Shown here piece after piece: positions 1 through 11,424 of a DNA stretch of 64,000 nt (within the stretch, counting starts at the first letter, position 1; every line of letters begins with the position of its first letter). Position numbers and translations under genes: made by a program. The notes under the pieces are model-generated. The model was not told the origin of the DNA and did not search any database. It was given only the letters and a program-made list of their open reading frames with translations. This DNA is from Gammaproteobacteria bacterium (lineage in GTDB: Bacteria > Pseudomonadota > Gammaproteobacteria > Eutrophobiales > Eutrophobiaceae): positions 2,144,001 to 2,208,000 of the forward strand of contig OZ220696.1 in the NCBI GenBank assembly GCA_965116495.1, given 5' to 3'.

Positions 1-3
1 CAG

Positions 4-3000
4 CTAGGTGTATCCATTGCGCTCACCCCATTCCAGCCAGGCCTCTTGCATGGCCGGGACATTGCCGCGCTCGGTGTGTTTTACGGGGTTGGCGCCAGTG
101 ATGTCGCGCAGCGCGTGGAACCAGTGGCCACCCGTTTCTCGCTTCCCTTCCAGTGTCTCTCGCATCCTTTCCAGTATCAGGGGCACTGTCGGCTCGCCCA
201 TGCTGATGATTTCCATGTGAGCCGGGTGTTCGGCGGCGCGGTCTGAGTTAGATAGAAATATGGTTTCTTTCTCCCATTGGTCGGCGAGTTCTGCGAAGCG
301 TTGACGGTCGGCAGGTTCGACCTCTACTGCGTCGGCGTACTGCCCGTAGCCCAGGCCGCGCACATGCGGCTCTTGGTGCAACAGCAGACGCAGCCGAGTG
401 AGCTCGGAGGCGTCCCATCCCATCGCCTCGGCCACGGCTTCATCCCAGAGGCGGCGTACTACGCATTCGCCGTCTCGGAATTGCGGCACAACCATATCCT
501 TGGTGCGCTCCCAGCAGTCGGCTAGAGTCTGACGGATACCGTCATTCTTGATGTCGGGTACTCTGAGGTTGTTTGTTGACCGTGGTGAGTAGCTTGGAAA
601 CGACAGTTTTTTACCTGGACTTCGCATAATTTGCAGTCGTCCCAGCGTCGAGTTGACAAAGACAGCGACAGCCTTCGCTTCGTCGATGGACAAGCCGACT
701 ACGGGGAACCAAGTCTGCCCAAGATACTTGGTTTCGCTCGCGGTCGCAGTCAAACGTGCTGTACTGTTGTCTTGTCCCGCGGTTATCAGTAGGTGCGATG
801 ACCATTCCAGATAATGTCTTGCTTGGCGTTCTCGTCCCTTTTTAAAAACCCAATACCCATCGGGCGTGGATTGGATCGTCTTTTGGCCTTCAGCACCTTT
901 CGATTCCAGAATGGGTATACTCTCTTCGTTTTCGTGATTTGATCTGTCGAAATTCTCACGCACCCTTCGGCTCCCGTCGTGAGAAATACAACCGGGTATT
1001 GACCCGAGGGGTAGCAGGTTGGGATCGTTCGCAAATTCCTGGCCTGCTTTCGCTAATATCGGCGAACGCCAGATTGCCGGTGTCCAGTCACCTGCCTTTA
1101 TGCTTCCCGCAGGCCAGTAAGACACTACACCCCAACCATCCTGAAGTTGCCCTTCTTTACACTGCAAGAGAGCTTGGTGCAATTCATGGGCGTGCCTGTC
1201 ATCAGTTGGCAGCCTGTCTAGGTTGACGAACCGCGTTGGCGGCCTTGCACCTTTGCATCGACGCATGACGATGATACTTTCGTTAACGTTGGTGTGCTGG
1301 CTCATATTGATGTTGTTGGGCTGGTGGCAGGTCAGTATGGTGTGGATGTGATAACGCTCAGCCAGTATGCGACGCTCATTCAATCCAGAAGGTGCACACA
1401 GGGCAATAGTGGGATTAATCATTGCCAAAACACCTGCTTGCCTCTGCAAGCACCTGTCAGCCAGAGCTACGAATAAAGGTCTGATAGAGTTCTTGTCCAC
1501 AAAGTTGTCCATGTCGTTGTCGCTGCGGATCAGTATGCGCTCCATATGGTCAACGCTGGAACGAAGTGCTTGTTGTGCCTCTTTGGGGAACTTCTCTCCC
1601 ATATTGGCGCGGTTGGTGAACGGCGGGTTCATAATGACAATGTGCGCATCCTTCACAGCATCCACGGCATCTTCCAGTTCGGCACCGTCCTTCGTCTCCC
1701 ACGTCGCCTGGGAACCGATGGCATCGTCACCAAAGTCCAGCTCGTTCAGCCTTTGAACGACAGCCCGCTGTCCCAACAATTCGAGCGTGCCGGTATATAC
1801 CCTGTCCGGGGCGCGCCTGTCGGGTCCGTATGGCATCAGGTGCAGCCCCATCCTCCGGTAGCTGACTCTCTGGTTGCCCGCGGTTAATTGTGAGGCAGCC
1901 AGTTGCAGTGATACCGGATTGATATCTAACCCTTTGAGGGTGTCTTCGACCGCAATTTTCTGAAGCGAGGTCAGGGCCTCTGTGTCTGCGCCCTCCTCTG
2001 TAGCCCTGCGCTTCATGTCGGAGAGCATGGCGGCAAGCAGGGTCCCGCTGCCGCAGGCAAGATCAACAGTCTTGTGAGCGCGCCATATCTCAGGATCAGA
2101 CCAGTCCTGGGCGCCGCATGCATCAAGCGTCAGACGGGCAGCCAGCGACGCAGCAACGGGCCGGGTAAAGTAAGCGCCGTCCGATGCCTGATTACCCATG
2201 ACACGGTTGAACAGCGGTCCCGCATGGTCAGCGCCCATGTCCGCGTAGGTCTCGGCGATGCGTTCTGCCTCCGCAGCGAGGTGATGCAGCGCGCGTTGCA
2301 GTCCGGCAGTCTTGCCCGTTTCTTCAACGGCATATATTGCCTCCAGCGCGGGTTCAAGCACCGGCCGGAAGTCGTGGCGCATGATGCGTTCCCATTCCCG
2401 GCTCAATTTCTGCACAACATTGGCCTCGTTTTTAATGGACGAGAGATCGCTGACGCCCGGCAGCCAGCCGCCGTTGGCGACGCGCTGGTGCAGCATGGCG
2501 GCGTTCATCAGCAGCAGTGAGGCTGTGGTGCAGCCGTCTGCTTGGTTCTTGTTTGTTTCTCTCAGTTGGTCCAGCCCAAAGTGCCGGTTCAGCGCGGGCT
2601 GCAATTCGTCAGCGCGCAGGTGATGCGCCGCTTCGTTGACGCTGCCTTCCAGTATATTCAGGTCGCGCATTACGCGATTACCGCTCAGTCCGGACTTGGT
2701 CAGCAGGTTCATCTTGATGGCGCTGCCATGATCTTCAAGCCCGCTCAACTTGAGTATCAGTTGCCCCTTTTCCTCCGCTCGTTCCTTGGCGGTTTTGCCG
2801 GGCTCGCGCTGTCTGCCCGGCTGCACACGAATACCACCATCACCGGTATTTATCATTTTCCGAGCTTTGGCTTTGGTTCGCTGTATGTTCACAACGCCCC
2901 GTGCCTCGCCTGCTTTTGGCTTGTCGCGGGTTACGGAGTCCGCGCGCAGTTCAACCGTTCCGTCCTTGTTCTTCTTCCCTGTGAGGACTTGCGTCAGTTC

Positions 3001-5355
3001 CACTGCACCTGTAACGTAACCGGCGGGGGGTTCTTTGATACCCGCGCCGGCACGCGCGTCAAGGAACGGTGTGCTTGTGCCATAATCGGCGCGCAGTTCT
3101 TCGATAGGCCGTATGCCGGCCGCGGCGCGGGGCTTGCCTGCCAATGCCTGCTCAACCGCTTCCTGCGCGGCGCCGGGTGGCCCTTTAACCTCGCCATACT
3201 GTATACGTGTGTCCTCGCCAGTGGCGACCGCCACCAAGGTGCGCTCCAGCGGCGGCGGCTTGGGAATATACAGGTGCAAGAGTTCCTCAAGGTTATCCTC
3301 GATACGCTGGTCATGGGCGCGCAAAGCCAGTAGTATCTGTCCCAACTCCTGCCACCCTTCTTCCGGGCCGCTGGTGCTCAACCACTTCTCGGGGTCGGCA
3401 GTAGGCGGGAACACGATAGGACAGACGATGTAGCCCAGCTCCTTGCCGGGCGCGGTTCGCATCGCACGCCCGACGGCTTGCACAACGTCTATGGGACTCT
3501 TTCGAGCTTCCAGGAACGCTACCGCGCTCAATGACGGCGAATCGGTCCCCTCTCCGAATATGCCCACATTGATAATGCCGTGAGGGCATGCCTCATCAGC
3601 GGCAGCCAACCGTTCCTTCGCGATTTCACGCGCCGCGGCGTTGCTCGAAGCATCCAGGTGTTCGAGGCTGTAATCGGATGCAACCCTGCCGTCTGCGTTC
3701 TCGCTGAGCCATCGTGAGACCCACTCCTTCACATTATCGGTTTGCAGATCCGCCGCCATGTTCTTGGACTTGTCCACCGTGTTCATGAAGGCAATGCACG
3801 ATCTGATGTTCACTTCTTTGCCTTGAGTCGCTCCACCCATCGTGAGAGCAAACGCCAGGCCACGCAGGTAGTCGGAGGTCGTTAGCTGACCGCGTCCTGT
3901 GCTTTTGGTTTCCTTCGCCAGCTCGTTCGCCGTCTTGAACGCCTCAGGGTCGGTGATACCCATGGCGATGATGCGGTAGTCGGACAGCCAACGGTTGCGC
4001 ACGGCTTCCAGGTAGCTCTTGCGGTACAGTTCCACTCCGAAGGTGGTTTCATCGTCCATTGAGCGGACAATCCAGTTCGGGTTGCCTGTAGGACGCTTGC
4101 CGTCGTAGATACGCGGCGTAGCCGTTTGATAGACGCGGTAAGTAGCGGGGAACCTGGCGCTGTCATGGCAGATGGTGAAATCGCGCAGACGCTGTTCCTC
4201 TACGTTCGCGCTGGCGGACTGAACGTTCCTGCGCTTCAGCCCTGCCGTTCTGTGCGCTTCGTCGGCAATCATTACACACGCCCTGACACCGGCGCTCAGC
4301 AGGGCTTCCGATACCTTGGCGCTGCTCTGGTAAGTACCAATGAGAACCTTGATCCCGTTGTCGAAAGCACTCTGGCATATCCAGTCGGCTATTTCACCGG
4401 CATCGGTGGTTACCTTGCCCTTCACTTCGGAAGCACTGACGTTGCTGTTATCGACTGTCGGATCCCGTGTGGCGTTGCGGCTTCCTTCTTTCCTTGGGTC
4501 ATAGCCCGCCGTGGCATCCGAGCAGACTGCCAGCACGTCTATCGAAGCGGAAGCGTTTTGCAGGTATTCTCGCCTTATCTGGGCAACGAGCGCGATGGAC
4601 GGACACAGCACGATGGACAGTTTGCCCGGAGGCGTCAGTTCTTCGATGATCCGGAGCGATATGCGAGTCTTTCCCGTTCCGCAGGGCAGAATGATTCTAC
4701 CTCGGGCCTCACCTATAGGTAGTCCACCGCTTTCCGAGCGTTCCTGTTCCCTGAGTATGCGGACACTGTTGGCGACGGCTTCATTTTGCATGCAGGATTT
4801 TGTCTGCAGCCGTTCGCTGCCGTCTGGATTCGGTTGGCAATGCTCGCACTCCTCGGATGCGACATTCGCCTGCCGCTGCTGGTGAAGGTCGTTTGTGATA
4901 TTGACCAGCTTGAGGGGCTGCGCATGCATCGATGCTGACTGTGCTGCGCCACTGGCAAGTGGATTGTCGCCATTGGTAACGACCCAGCGTTCCGCCCAGA
5001 AGTCTGAAGCGGATGCAGCCGCGAATTTGGCTATCTCGTTGCTATTGATTGAGGCGCCGCGGCCCTCGTCGTCAAGCCGGCGCGACTTGCACTGGATTGC
5101 GATGTATTTCCTGTCGTTGCGACGCACGGCTACGGCGTCTATCCCCACATCCAGCCTGGTAGTTTCCGGGAATCGCATCTCTCTATCAGGCCACTCGTCC
5201 CAATGCCAGCACTCTGCGATGTCCCATTCCTTGATGTATGGACCGGACTCCACTGTGACGACTTCAAGCCATTCGCCATCGGTCTCCTGAGGATTCATCT
5301 CGGCTGTCTTCTTGATCGCTTCTTCGATGATGTCTTGTTCAGTGGAGGTATTCAA
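4..5355 (-). CDS. Type ISP-like (LlaGI/LlaBIII-type) restriction-modification fusion: Mrr-like nuclease, SF2 helicase, N6-adenine MTase, target-recognition region, plus extra C-terminal domain
   Basis: GIDAVA..IAIQCK nuclease motif; Walker A LPCGTGKT; DEAH; QAVGRAMR; MTase motifs DLACGSG and NPPF. Confidence 0.85.
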   Translation of the reverse strand: MNTSTEQDIIEEAIKKTAEMNPQETDGEWLEVVTVESGPYIKEWDIAECWHWDEWPDREMRFPETTRLDVGIDAVAVRRNDRKYIAIQCKSRRLDDEGRGASINSNEIAKFAAASASDFWAERWVVTNGDNPLASGAAQSASMHAQPLKLVNITNDLHQQRQANVASEECEHCQPNPDGSERLQTKSCMQNEAVANSVRILREQERSESGGLPIGEARGRIILPCGTGKTRISLRIIEELTPPGKLSIVLCPSIALVAQIRREYLQNASASIDVLAVCSDATAGYDPRKEGSRNATRDPTVDNSNVSASEVKGKVTTDAGEIADWICQSAFDNGIKVLIGTYQSSAKVSEALLSAGVRACVMIADEAHRTAGLKRRNVQSASANVEEQRLRDFTICHDSARFPATYRVYQTATPRIYDGKRPTGNPNWIVRSMDDETTFGVELYRKSYLEAVRNRWLSDYRIIAMGITDPEAFKTANELAKETKSTGRGQLTTSDYLRGLAFALTMGGATQGKEVNIRSCIAFMNTVDKSKNMAADLQTDNVKEWVSRWLSENADGRVASDYSLEHLDASSNAAAREIAKERLAAADEACPHGIINVGIFGEGTDSPSLSAVAFLEARKSPIDVVQAVGRAMRTAPGKELGYIVCPIVFPPTADPEKWLSTSGPEEGWQELGQILLALRAHDQRIEDNLEELLHLYIPKPPPLERTLVAVATGEDTRIQYGEVKGPPGAAQEAVEQALAGKPRAAAGIRPIEELRADYGTSTPFLDARAGAGIKEPPAGYVTGAVELTQVLTGKKNKDGTVELRADSVTRDKPKAGEARGVVNIQRTKAKARKMINTGDGGIRVQPGRQREPGKTAKERAEEKGQLILKLSGLEDHGSAIKMNLLTKSGLSGNRVMRDLNILEGSVNEAAHHLRADELQPALNRHFGLDQLRETNKNQADGCTTASLLLMNAAMLHQRVANGGWLPGVSDLSSIKNEANVVQKLSREWERIMRHDFRPVLEPALEAIYAVEETGKTAGLQRALHHLAAEAERIAETYADMGADHAGPLFNRVMGNQASDGAYFTRPVAASLAARLTLDACGAQDWSDPEIWRAHKTVDLACGSGTLLAAMLSDMKRRATEEGADTEALTSLQKIAVEDTLKGLDINPVSLQLAASQLTAGNQRVSYRRMGLHLMPYGPDRRAPDRVYTGTLELLGQRAVVQRLNELDFGDDAIGSQATWETKDGAELEDAVDAVKDAHIVIMNPPFTNRANMGEKFPKEAQQALRSSVDHMERILIRSDNDMDNFVDKNSIRPLFVALADRCLQRQAGVLAMINPTIALCAPSGLNERRILAERYHIHTILTCHQPNNINMSQHTNVNESIIVMRRCKGARPPTRFVNLDRLPTDDRHAHELHQALLQCKEGQLQDGWGVVSYWPAGSIKAGDWTPAIWRSPILAKAGQEFANDPNLLPLGSIPGCISHDGSRRVRENFDRSNHENEESIPILESKGAEGQKTIQSTPDGYWVFKKGRERQARHYLEWSSHLLITAGQDNSTARLTATASETKYLGQTWFPVVGLSIDEAKAVAVFVNSTLGRLQIMRSPGKKLSFPSYSPRSTNNLRVPDIKNDGIRQTLADCWERTKDMVVPQFRDGECVVRRLWDEAVAEAMGWDASELTRLRLLLHQEPHVRGLGYGQYADAVEVEPADRQRFAELADQWEKETIFLSNSDRAAEHPAHMEIISMGEPTVPLILERMRETLEGKRETGGHWFHALRDITGANPVKHTERGNVPAMQEAWLEWGERNGYT

Positions 5356-5863
5356 TCGTTTCTTCCTCTTGGGACATGTTTCTTTTCTGATTGCCTTTCA
5401 TTTTATCAGAAGTTCGTGAAGCATCCCCACTCTCGGCGCATTGGCGCCACACAGGAGACTCGTAGACGTGTGGTCGTAATGACGGTCCAACATCTCGGCT
5501 GCCACTGTTTGCACATCTTCATGATCCCCACGTTATAAATCATGCCACCTTCAGCCTTGAAATATCTCTCATGTCTGCTCAATAAAGTTGGTTTTTTTCA
5601 TGACTAAACCCTCCTCATAGTTATGTGATTTTGCCAATAAACCCCTGGTTTTGATTAGTCTGATTTTATGGAAAGAGGTCAAGTCATGCCCTTAGCTACA
5701 ACCCTGTAAATGACCTCGTAAATACTTTTATGTATTTGATATTCTTACTATTTAATGGTATATTGCCAGCTATGTTTTCGAGCATGAAATGTGTTTCTTA
5801 ACATTGCGATATCCTGCTGAAAAGGTCCTTGTGATGGCATTAACCTGTATCAAAAGGTTGCTG

Positions 5864-6403
5864 ATGAAGCTGTTGGGTCTCAGCATGTTGTCGTTGATGG
5901 CGCTGTCAATCCAGGGACATCCCGGACGCACAGACTCCGAGGGCTGTCACGCAGGTAAACTGCCGCGGCATTGCCATGACGGTGCACGGTCCAGCCAGCC
6001 TGCACAGGGCAACCCATTGGCGCCGATGAATGAAACAGGCCGTTCAGCGCCACGCACGACTGCGTCAGAGAATGATTACAATCGCTGGTTTTGTACCCTG
6101 GTCAACGGGGAGACGGAAACCCGTCATGGGTACGCGTCTGCCGACGGCCGCAGTTTCGTGGACGTGGATTGTGAGACCGGCACGATGGTTTACGAGGGCG
6201 GCCTGGATAAGCGCAGCAGTCTGGACAGCGTACAGCAGGCGCTGTTTTTCAGTCACGTGACCGGCAAGCGACCGGCAGTGGTGATTTATGACACGGATGG
6301 CCGGGAAGGCCGGTTTGAGTACCGGATCAGGATCGCCTGCCGGAAAGCCGGGGTGCGTTATGAGGTTTTTCGGAAGGGGCCTGTTGGTCGAAGCGAGACA
6401 TAA
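5864..6403 (+). CDS. Secreted YHYH-like protein with C-terminal PD-(D/E)XK-like domain
   Basis: Signal peptide MKLLGLSMLSLMALSIQG followed by HPGRTDSEGCH..HCH; C-terminal VDVDCET..YEGG..SVQQALFF pattern; start moved to ATG 5864. Confidence 0.55.
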   Translation: MKLLGLSMLSLMALSIQGHPGRTDSEGCHAGKLPRHCHDGARSSQPAQGNPLAPMNETGRSAPRTTASENDYNRWFCTLVNGETETRHGYASADGRSFVDVDCETGTMVYEGGLDKRSSLDSVQQALFFSHVTGKRPAVVIYDTDGREGRFEYRIRIACRKAGVRYEVFRKGPVGRSET

Positions 6404-6672
6404 CGTAGATTCTCAAGAAGCCTGGACAACCATAAAAAAACACCCTGATACTCGTCAGCAACAGGGTGTTATCATGATATAGCCTATGATTGGACAATAG
6501 GAATAAACAAAACTCTGACAGCGCCCAGCCGTGTATCCATACCTGCACCCGCCCGATATTGGAATATGGGTATACCGTCATTAGCTTTGTCGGGTGCAAC
6601 ATTATTGGTGTTTCGCCGTGCATTATGTGACGATCCCTAATTTGTCAAGTACTCTTTATAATTCCTCTTCTA

Positions 6673-7560
6673 ATGAATATCCCGTGGCCTGGAAATAAAT
6701 GCATCCTTTGTTTGAAAGAGTCACCTCTATCAAAGGAGCATATTATTCCTGAGGCGTTCGGCGGCATTCTTACATGTTCGCTTCTCTGTAGAGACTGCAA
6801 TTCTAATCTTGGTTCCTCCGTCGAAGCGGAAGCGAAAACAGATCCCTCAGTTCGGATCGCTGTTGCTAATCTTCAATCGCAGATACCGGGACTGGCTGAC
6901 AGACTCATGGAAAATCAGAATTTTGTTTCCCATGGTCCGGGCGGAACTGAGCAAGGAACAGTTCGTGATGGGGAGTATCGGGTTCGCTCACAAAAGAAGG
7001 AAGATGGCTCACTGATTCAACCAACAGACTGCGCTCGCAAGTCGATTATAACAATTCTGCAGAGAGGTGGTGCTGGTCAGGCTGCCATACGGGAATCGTT
7101 ACGGAAATTTGATGAAGGAGGAGAAAATGAGAGAATCAGACTCGCCCTTGGCGTAGAAACGATCAGATGGGCCGTAGAAAAGATCGACCCCGATTTGAGC
7201 AGTAACAGACTTCTGACTCCACTGGTTCCACTTAAAATCGCCTACGAATTTATTGCATGTCATCTGGGAACTGCTATCTACGGCGAAACTCTACAAATTC
7301 AGGAGATACGAACTGCGTTACTAGATAGCATCAAAGATCATCCATCCTTTGAAGTGGAACGACTGGAAGCGCCGGAATACAAGCCGTTTCATGGAATATG
7401 TTTTGAAGGAAATGACCCACATGGAAAGGTGTTGATCAGGCTATTTGGCCGGCTTGCTTTTCGAGTCCATTTTCGGTGGTTGGCGTTTGGTGGCTCTCGC
7501 TTCGTCTATACGCATTGTCTGGCTACCCATGAAGATAGTTTGGACGAATTGTCAGACTGA
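6673..7560 (+). CDS. HNH endonuclease (HNH_5-like N-terminus)
   Basis: CILC..SKEHIIPEAFGG..LCRDCNSNLG zinc/HNH motif. Confidence 0.75.
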   Translation: MNIPWPGNKCILCLKESPLSKEHIIPEAFGGILTCSLLCRDCNSNLGSSVEAEAKTDPSVRIAVANLQSQIPGLADRLMENQNFVSHGPGGTEQGTVRDGEYRVRSQKKEDGSLIQPTDCARKSIITILQRGGAGQAAIRESLRKFDEGGENERIRLALGVETIRWAVEKIDPDLSSNRLLTPLVPLKIAYEFIACHLGTAIYGETLQIQEIRTALLDSIKDHPSFEVERLEAPEYKPFHGICFEGNDPHGKVLIRLFGRLAFRVHFRWLAFGGSRFVYTHCLATHEDSLDELSD

Positions 7561-7626
7561 CAGCTTGTAGACAGATATTAAACCACTCAACTGAACGGAT
7601 TTGTCAATATCTTAAACTAGGAAAAT

Positions 7627-8733
7627 ATGAATAAAGACATCCTTGCTATCATCCATGAAATAACAGAAAAGTCTGTAGGAGGAAGATATATATTCCGCGG
7701 TGAACCTGAACATTATAACGATGTTTCTTCCAAGGCTTATCAAATATATGGCAGGCATTCAAACTTTGAATTGGTTGAAAACTTAATATTGAATGATGTC
7801 AAACAACATGATCGCAATATTGTAAACACGCCTCCCGAAGCAGTTATAGCCCTACTACAGCATTACGGAGGCGTAACTAACCTGATTGATTTTACAACCG
7901 ATTATCTCATCGCCTTGTTTTTTGCCTGCAACGGCAGTTTTGACAAAGACGGCCGCGTTATTCTGCTGAGGCAACGGCGTTATCATACTCTCGTTCCAAG
8001 TGTACCGGTTCATCGAGTCACCGCGCAAAAGAGCATCTTCGTACGGCCAAAGGAGGGAAACATCAAAATTGACAATGACAATGTCCGTATCGTAAATGTG
8101 CCAGGCAAATCAAAGCTATCAATTCTTGAACACCTGAGAAATTATCACGGACTTAGAAGAGAGACCATCTATAACGACATTCACGGCTTTATTATGCTGC
8201 AAAATCAAAATAGACGTGCCAGGGAAGAATTTAACCAAGGAGTTTTATATTTTAATAGTAAAAATTATATGACATCCATTCAACATTTTAATAAAGCCAT
8301 ACAGTCGGACCCGGAGCATGCCGGCAGTTGGAATAATCGTGGTGCTGCATATATCAAGACGGGTGATATTGACAAGGCCATCAAAGATTTCAAAAAAGCA
8401 ATTGAACTGGATCCGAATCATGCCATTGCCTGGAGCAACCTTGGGGCCTATTATCTCAGGAAAGGGGACATGGATAGCGCAATTAGTAACATAGAAAAAG
8501 CGATTGAACTAGAGGAGATGAACACGGAAAATCATGGCGACAGTCTGTTCAACCGCGCAATGTACAGGCTATACACGGAAGACTGGACAGGCGCTATGTC
8601 TGACTTGGTTGAAGCCCGTAAACATAGAGCTGACATCGCCGATTTGTTTAAGGAAGATTACAAAGACATAAGTACTTTCGAGGCGGATGCAAGGGTTAAA
8701 TTACCAACAGAAATTTCAGAAATGTTGGCATAA
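7627..8733 (+). CDS. FRG-domain protein with C-terminal TPR repeats
   Basis: YIFRGE, LQHYGGVTNLIDFT, ALFFAC, AQKSIF (FRG); TPR-like WNNRGAAY..AIELDPNHAIAWSNLG. Confidence 0.85.
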   Translation: MNKDILAIIHEITEKSVGGRYIFRGEPEHYNDVSSKAYQIYGRHSNFELVENLILNDVKQHDRNIVNTPPEAVIALLQHYGGVTNLIDFTTDYLIALFFACNGSFDKDGRVILLRQRRYHTLVPSVPVHRVTAQKSIFVRPKEGNIKIDNDNVRIVNVPGKSKLSILEHLRNYHGLRRETIYNDIHGFIMLQNQNRRAREEFNQGVLYFNSKNYMTSIQHFNKAIQSDPEHAGSWNNRGAAYIKTGDIDKAIKDFKKAIELDPNHAIAWSNLGAYYLRKGDMDSAISNIEKAIELEEMNTENHGDSLFNRAMYRLYTEDWTGAMSDLVEARKHRADIADLFKEDYKDISTFEADARVKLPTEISEMLA

Positions 8734-8932
8734 TCTCTGTAGGCGTCCCATGTTTCATCTTATTTCTATATTGGGGGCCATCTAGGACCTCGTGAGGCAC
8801 GAATCCAGCAAACTTCATCTACGAAGCTGGGTTGCCAGCATATGTCAACGCTAAGGAGCATCATCATGAAGACTGACAATACACTTTGGCGTTGTTTATA
8901 AATTGATCTGCGCTAACTTAATCTGCGGATAA

Positions 8933-10555
8933 TTATTCCGTATAGCGGGAGGTGATCGGATAACGCCGGTCGCGGCCGAAGGCGCGCTCGGTTATCCTGA
9001 CGCCAGGGGCGGCCTGGCGGCGCTTGTATTCGTTCCTGTCCACCATCCTGACCACCTTGTAGACCGTATCCCGGTCATAACCGTCAGTGATGATCTCAGC
9101 CGGTGTGCGGTCCAGTTCGATGTATTTCTCCAGTATCTGGTCGAGCACGTCGTAGCTGGGCAGGGAATCTTCGTCTTTCTGGTCAAACCGCAACTCCGCG
9201 GTGGGCGGGCGGTCGATGATCCGCTGCGGGATGATCTCCCCGTTCCGGTTGCGCCAGCGGGACAGCTCGTACACCAGTATCTTCGGCACGTCCTTGAGTG
9301 GGGCGAACCCGCCTGCCATGTCTCCGTACAGGGTTGCATAGCCCACCGCCATCTCGCTTTTGTTGCCGGTGGTCAATACCAGTTTCCCGGTCTTGTTGGA
9401 TACAGCCATGAGCAACAGGCCGCGGCAGCGGGCCTGGATGTTTTCTTCCGTTGTGTCTTCGGGGAGATCCTCGAATATCGGCGCGAGGATTTCCGTGAAG
9501 GCCGAGAACGGTTTCTCGATGCCGACGATATGGCAGGATACGCCCAGCCTGTCGGCCATTTCCTGTGCGTCTTCGATACTCATGTCCGCAGTATAGCGGG
9601 ACGGCATAAGCAGCACTTCGACGTTTTCCGGGCCGAGCGCATCCGCGGCGATGGCTAGGGTCAGCGCCGAGTCGATGCCGCCCGATAAACCGATTACCGC
9701 GCCCTTGAAACCGTTTTTCGACACGTAATCCTTAACGCCCAGCACCAATGCCCGGTAGACGCTCTCGGTTAAAGCCGGGGGCGGATGTTGCCCTGATTTG
9801 GATTCCAGGGTGATATTGCCTGCCGCCGCCCGTTTCACTTCCACCAGGAACAGACCCTGTTCAAACTGCGGGGCCTTGAAAATGAATTCACCACGACTGT
9901 CGATCACCAGGGAACCACCGTCGAATACCAGTTCATCCTGGCCGCCGACCAGGTTGACGTAGATGATCGCGATCCGGTGCTCGACTGCGCGCCGCCTCAG
10001 CAATTCTTCCCTGACGGCGGCTTTGTCAGTGTGGTACGGAGAAGCGTTGATATTGATCACCAGTTCTGCCCCCGCGCCGGCAGCTTCACCGGCGTGGTCA
10101 TCGGTCCACAGGTCCTCGCACACGCTCAATGCGACCTTGAAACCGGGGGTTTCAACCAGGTTGAGTTCTTCACCCTCGGTAAAATAACGCTTTTCGTCAA
10201 AGACACCGTAATTGGGCAGGTTTCTTTTATGGTAGGTTGTGACGACGCGGCAGTCCCTGATGAGGCCGCAGGCATTATACAGGCGCGTTCCTTTTTCCTG
10301 GGGATAGCCGAGAATAACGCTGATGCCCTGCGACCCGCGCATAACCCGTTGCAAGGCCTGCTCCACCTGGACATGTAAATGGGGACGCAATAACAGGTCT
10401 TCCGGCGGGTAGCCGGTCAGCGCCAGTTCGGGGAATATGATGGTATCCGCACCGGCACTGTCCCTGGCCCTGGAAATATATTCCAGAACCAGCTCCGTAT
10501 TCCCGTCTATATCACCGACACATAAATCAACCTGTGCAATAGCGACCTTGTTCAC
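8933..10555 (-). CDS. nadE: Glutamine-dependent NAD+ synthetase
   Basis: Nitrilase domain [39 protein letters not shown]. Confidence 0.97.
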   Translation of the reverse strand: MNKVAIAQVDLCVGDIDGNTELVLEYISRARDSAGADTIIFPELALTGYPPEDLLLRPHLHVQVEQALQRVMRGSQGISVILGYPQEKGTRLYNACGLIRDCRVVTTYHKRNLPNYGVFDEKRYFTEGEELNLVETPGFKVALSVCEDLWTDDHAGEAAGAGAELVININASPYHTDKAAVREELLRRRAVEHRIAIIYVNLVGGQDELVFDGGSLVIDSRGEFIFKAPQFEQGLFLVEVKRAAAGNITLESKSGQHPPPALTESVYRALVLGVKDYVSKNGFKGAVIGLSGGIDSALTLAIAADALGPENVEVLLMPSRYTADMSIEDAQEMADRLGVSCHIVGIEKPFSAFTEILAPIFEDLPEDTTEENIQARCRGLLLMAVSNKTGKLVLTTGNKSEMAVGYATLYGDMAGGFAPLKDVPKILVYELSRWRNRNGEIIPQRIIDRPPTAELRFDQKDEDSLPSYDVLDQILEKYIELDRTPAEIITDGYDRDTVYKVVRMVDRNEYKRRQAAPGVRITERAFGRDRRYPITSRYTE

Positions 10556-11424
10556 TTTAATTGCGCCGCAACAGCCTCACCCAGTTCGGCGGGCGACCTG
10601 ACGGTCGTAACGCCGGCGGCATCAAGGGCGCGGTACTTGTCATCTGCGCTTCCCTTGCCGCCTGAGATGATCGCACCGGCATGTCCCATACGCCTTCCGG
10701 GCGGCGCAGTCACGCCGGCAATATAACCTACTACGGGTTTATCGACATGGTGTCCGATAAATTCGGCTGCCGCTTCTTCGGCGCTGCCGCCAATCTCGCC
10801 AACCATGATGATGCCGGTAGTGGCCGGATCCTGTTGAAACAGTTCCAGGCAGTCAATGAAATTCATACCGTGAACCGGGTCGCCGCCGATGCCGATACAG
10901 GTACTCTGGCCAAGCCCGGCCAGTGTGGTCTGGTGTACCGCCTCGTAGGTTAACGTGCCCGAGCGGGAAACGATACCGATACAACCCGGTTTGTGTATAT
11001 GTCCGGGCATGATGCCTATCTTGCATTCACCCGGCGTGATGATGCCGGGGCAGTTCGGGCCGATCAACCTTACGCCAGGAAATAAATCGATGCTGGCCCG
11101 GGCCCTGACCATGTCGATAATCGGGATCCCTTCGGTGATGCAGACTATCGTCCTGATCCCGGCTTCCGCCGCCTCGGTAATTGCCTGTGCCGCATACGCG
11201 GCCGGGACCATAATCATACTGGCGTCCGCCGAGGTTTCCGTGACCGCTTCCTTGGCGGTGTCGAACACGGGCCGGTCCAGGTGAGTCAGACCCCCGCGTC
11301 CCGGGGTTACGCCGCCGACTACCTGCGTCCCGTATTCGAGTGCCTGTTCGGCATGGAAAGTACCCTGGCGGCCGGTAAACCCCTGGACGATGACCTTCGT
11401 ATTCCTGTCAACCAGCACAGCCAT
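10552..11424 (-). CDS. sucD: Succinyl-CoA synthetase alpha subunit
   Basis: [24 protein letters not shown]. Confidence 0.98.
   Translation of the reverse strand: MAVLVDRNTKVIVQGFTGRQGTFHAEQALEYGTQVVGGVTPGRGGLTHLDRPVFDTAKEAVTETSADASMIMVPAAYAAQAITEAAEAGIRTIVCITEGIPIIDMVRARASIDLFPGVRLIGPNCPGIITPGECKIGIMPGHIHKPGCIGIVSRSGTLTYEAVHQTTLAGLGQSTCIGIGGDPVHGMNFIDCLELFQQDPATTGIIMVGEIGGSAEEAAAEFIGHHVDKPVVGYIAGVTAPPGRRMGHAGAIISGGKGSADDKYRALDAAGVTTVRSPAELGEAVAAQLK

Noticed and set aside
5360-5620. Possible small gene upstream of the RM fusion
   Set aside because: The RBS-led ATG frame closes after 10 codons and no family is recognisable in the other frames.
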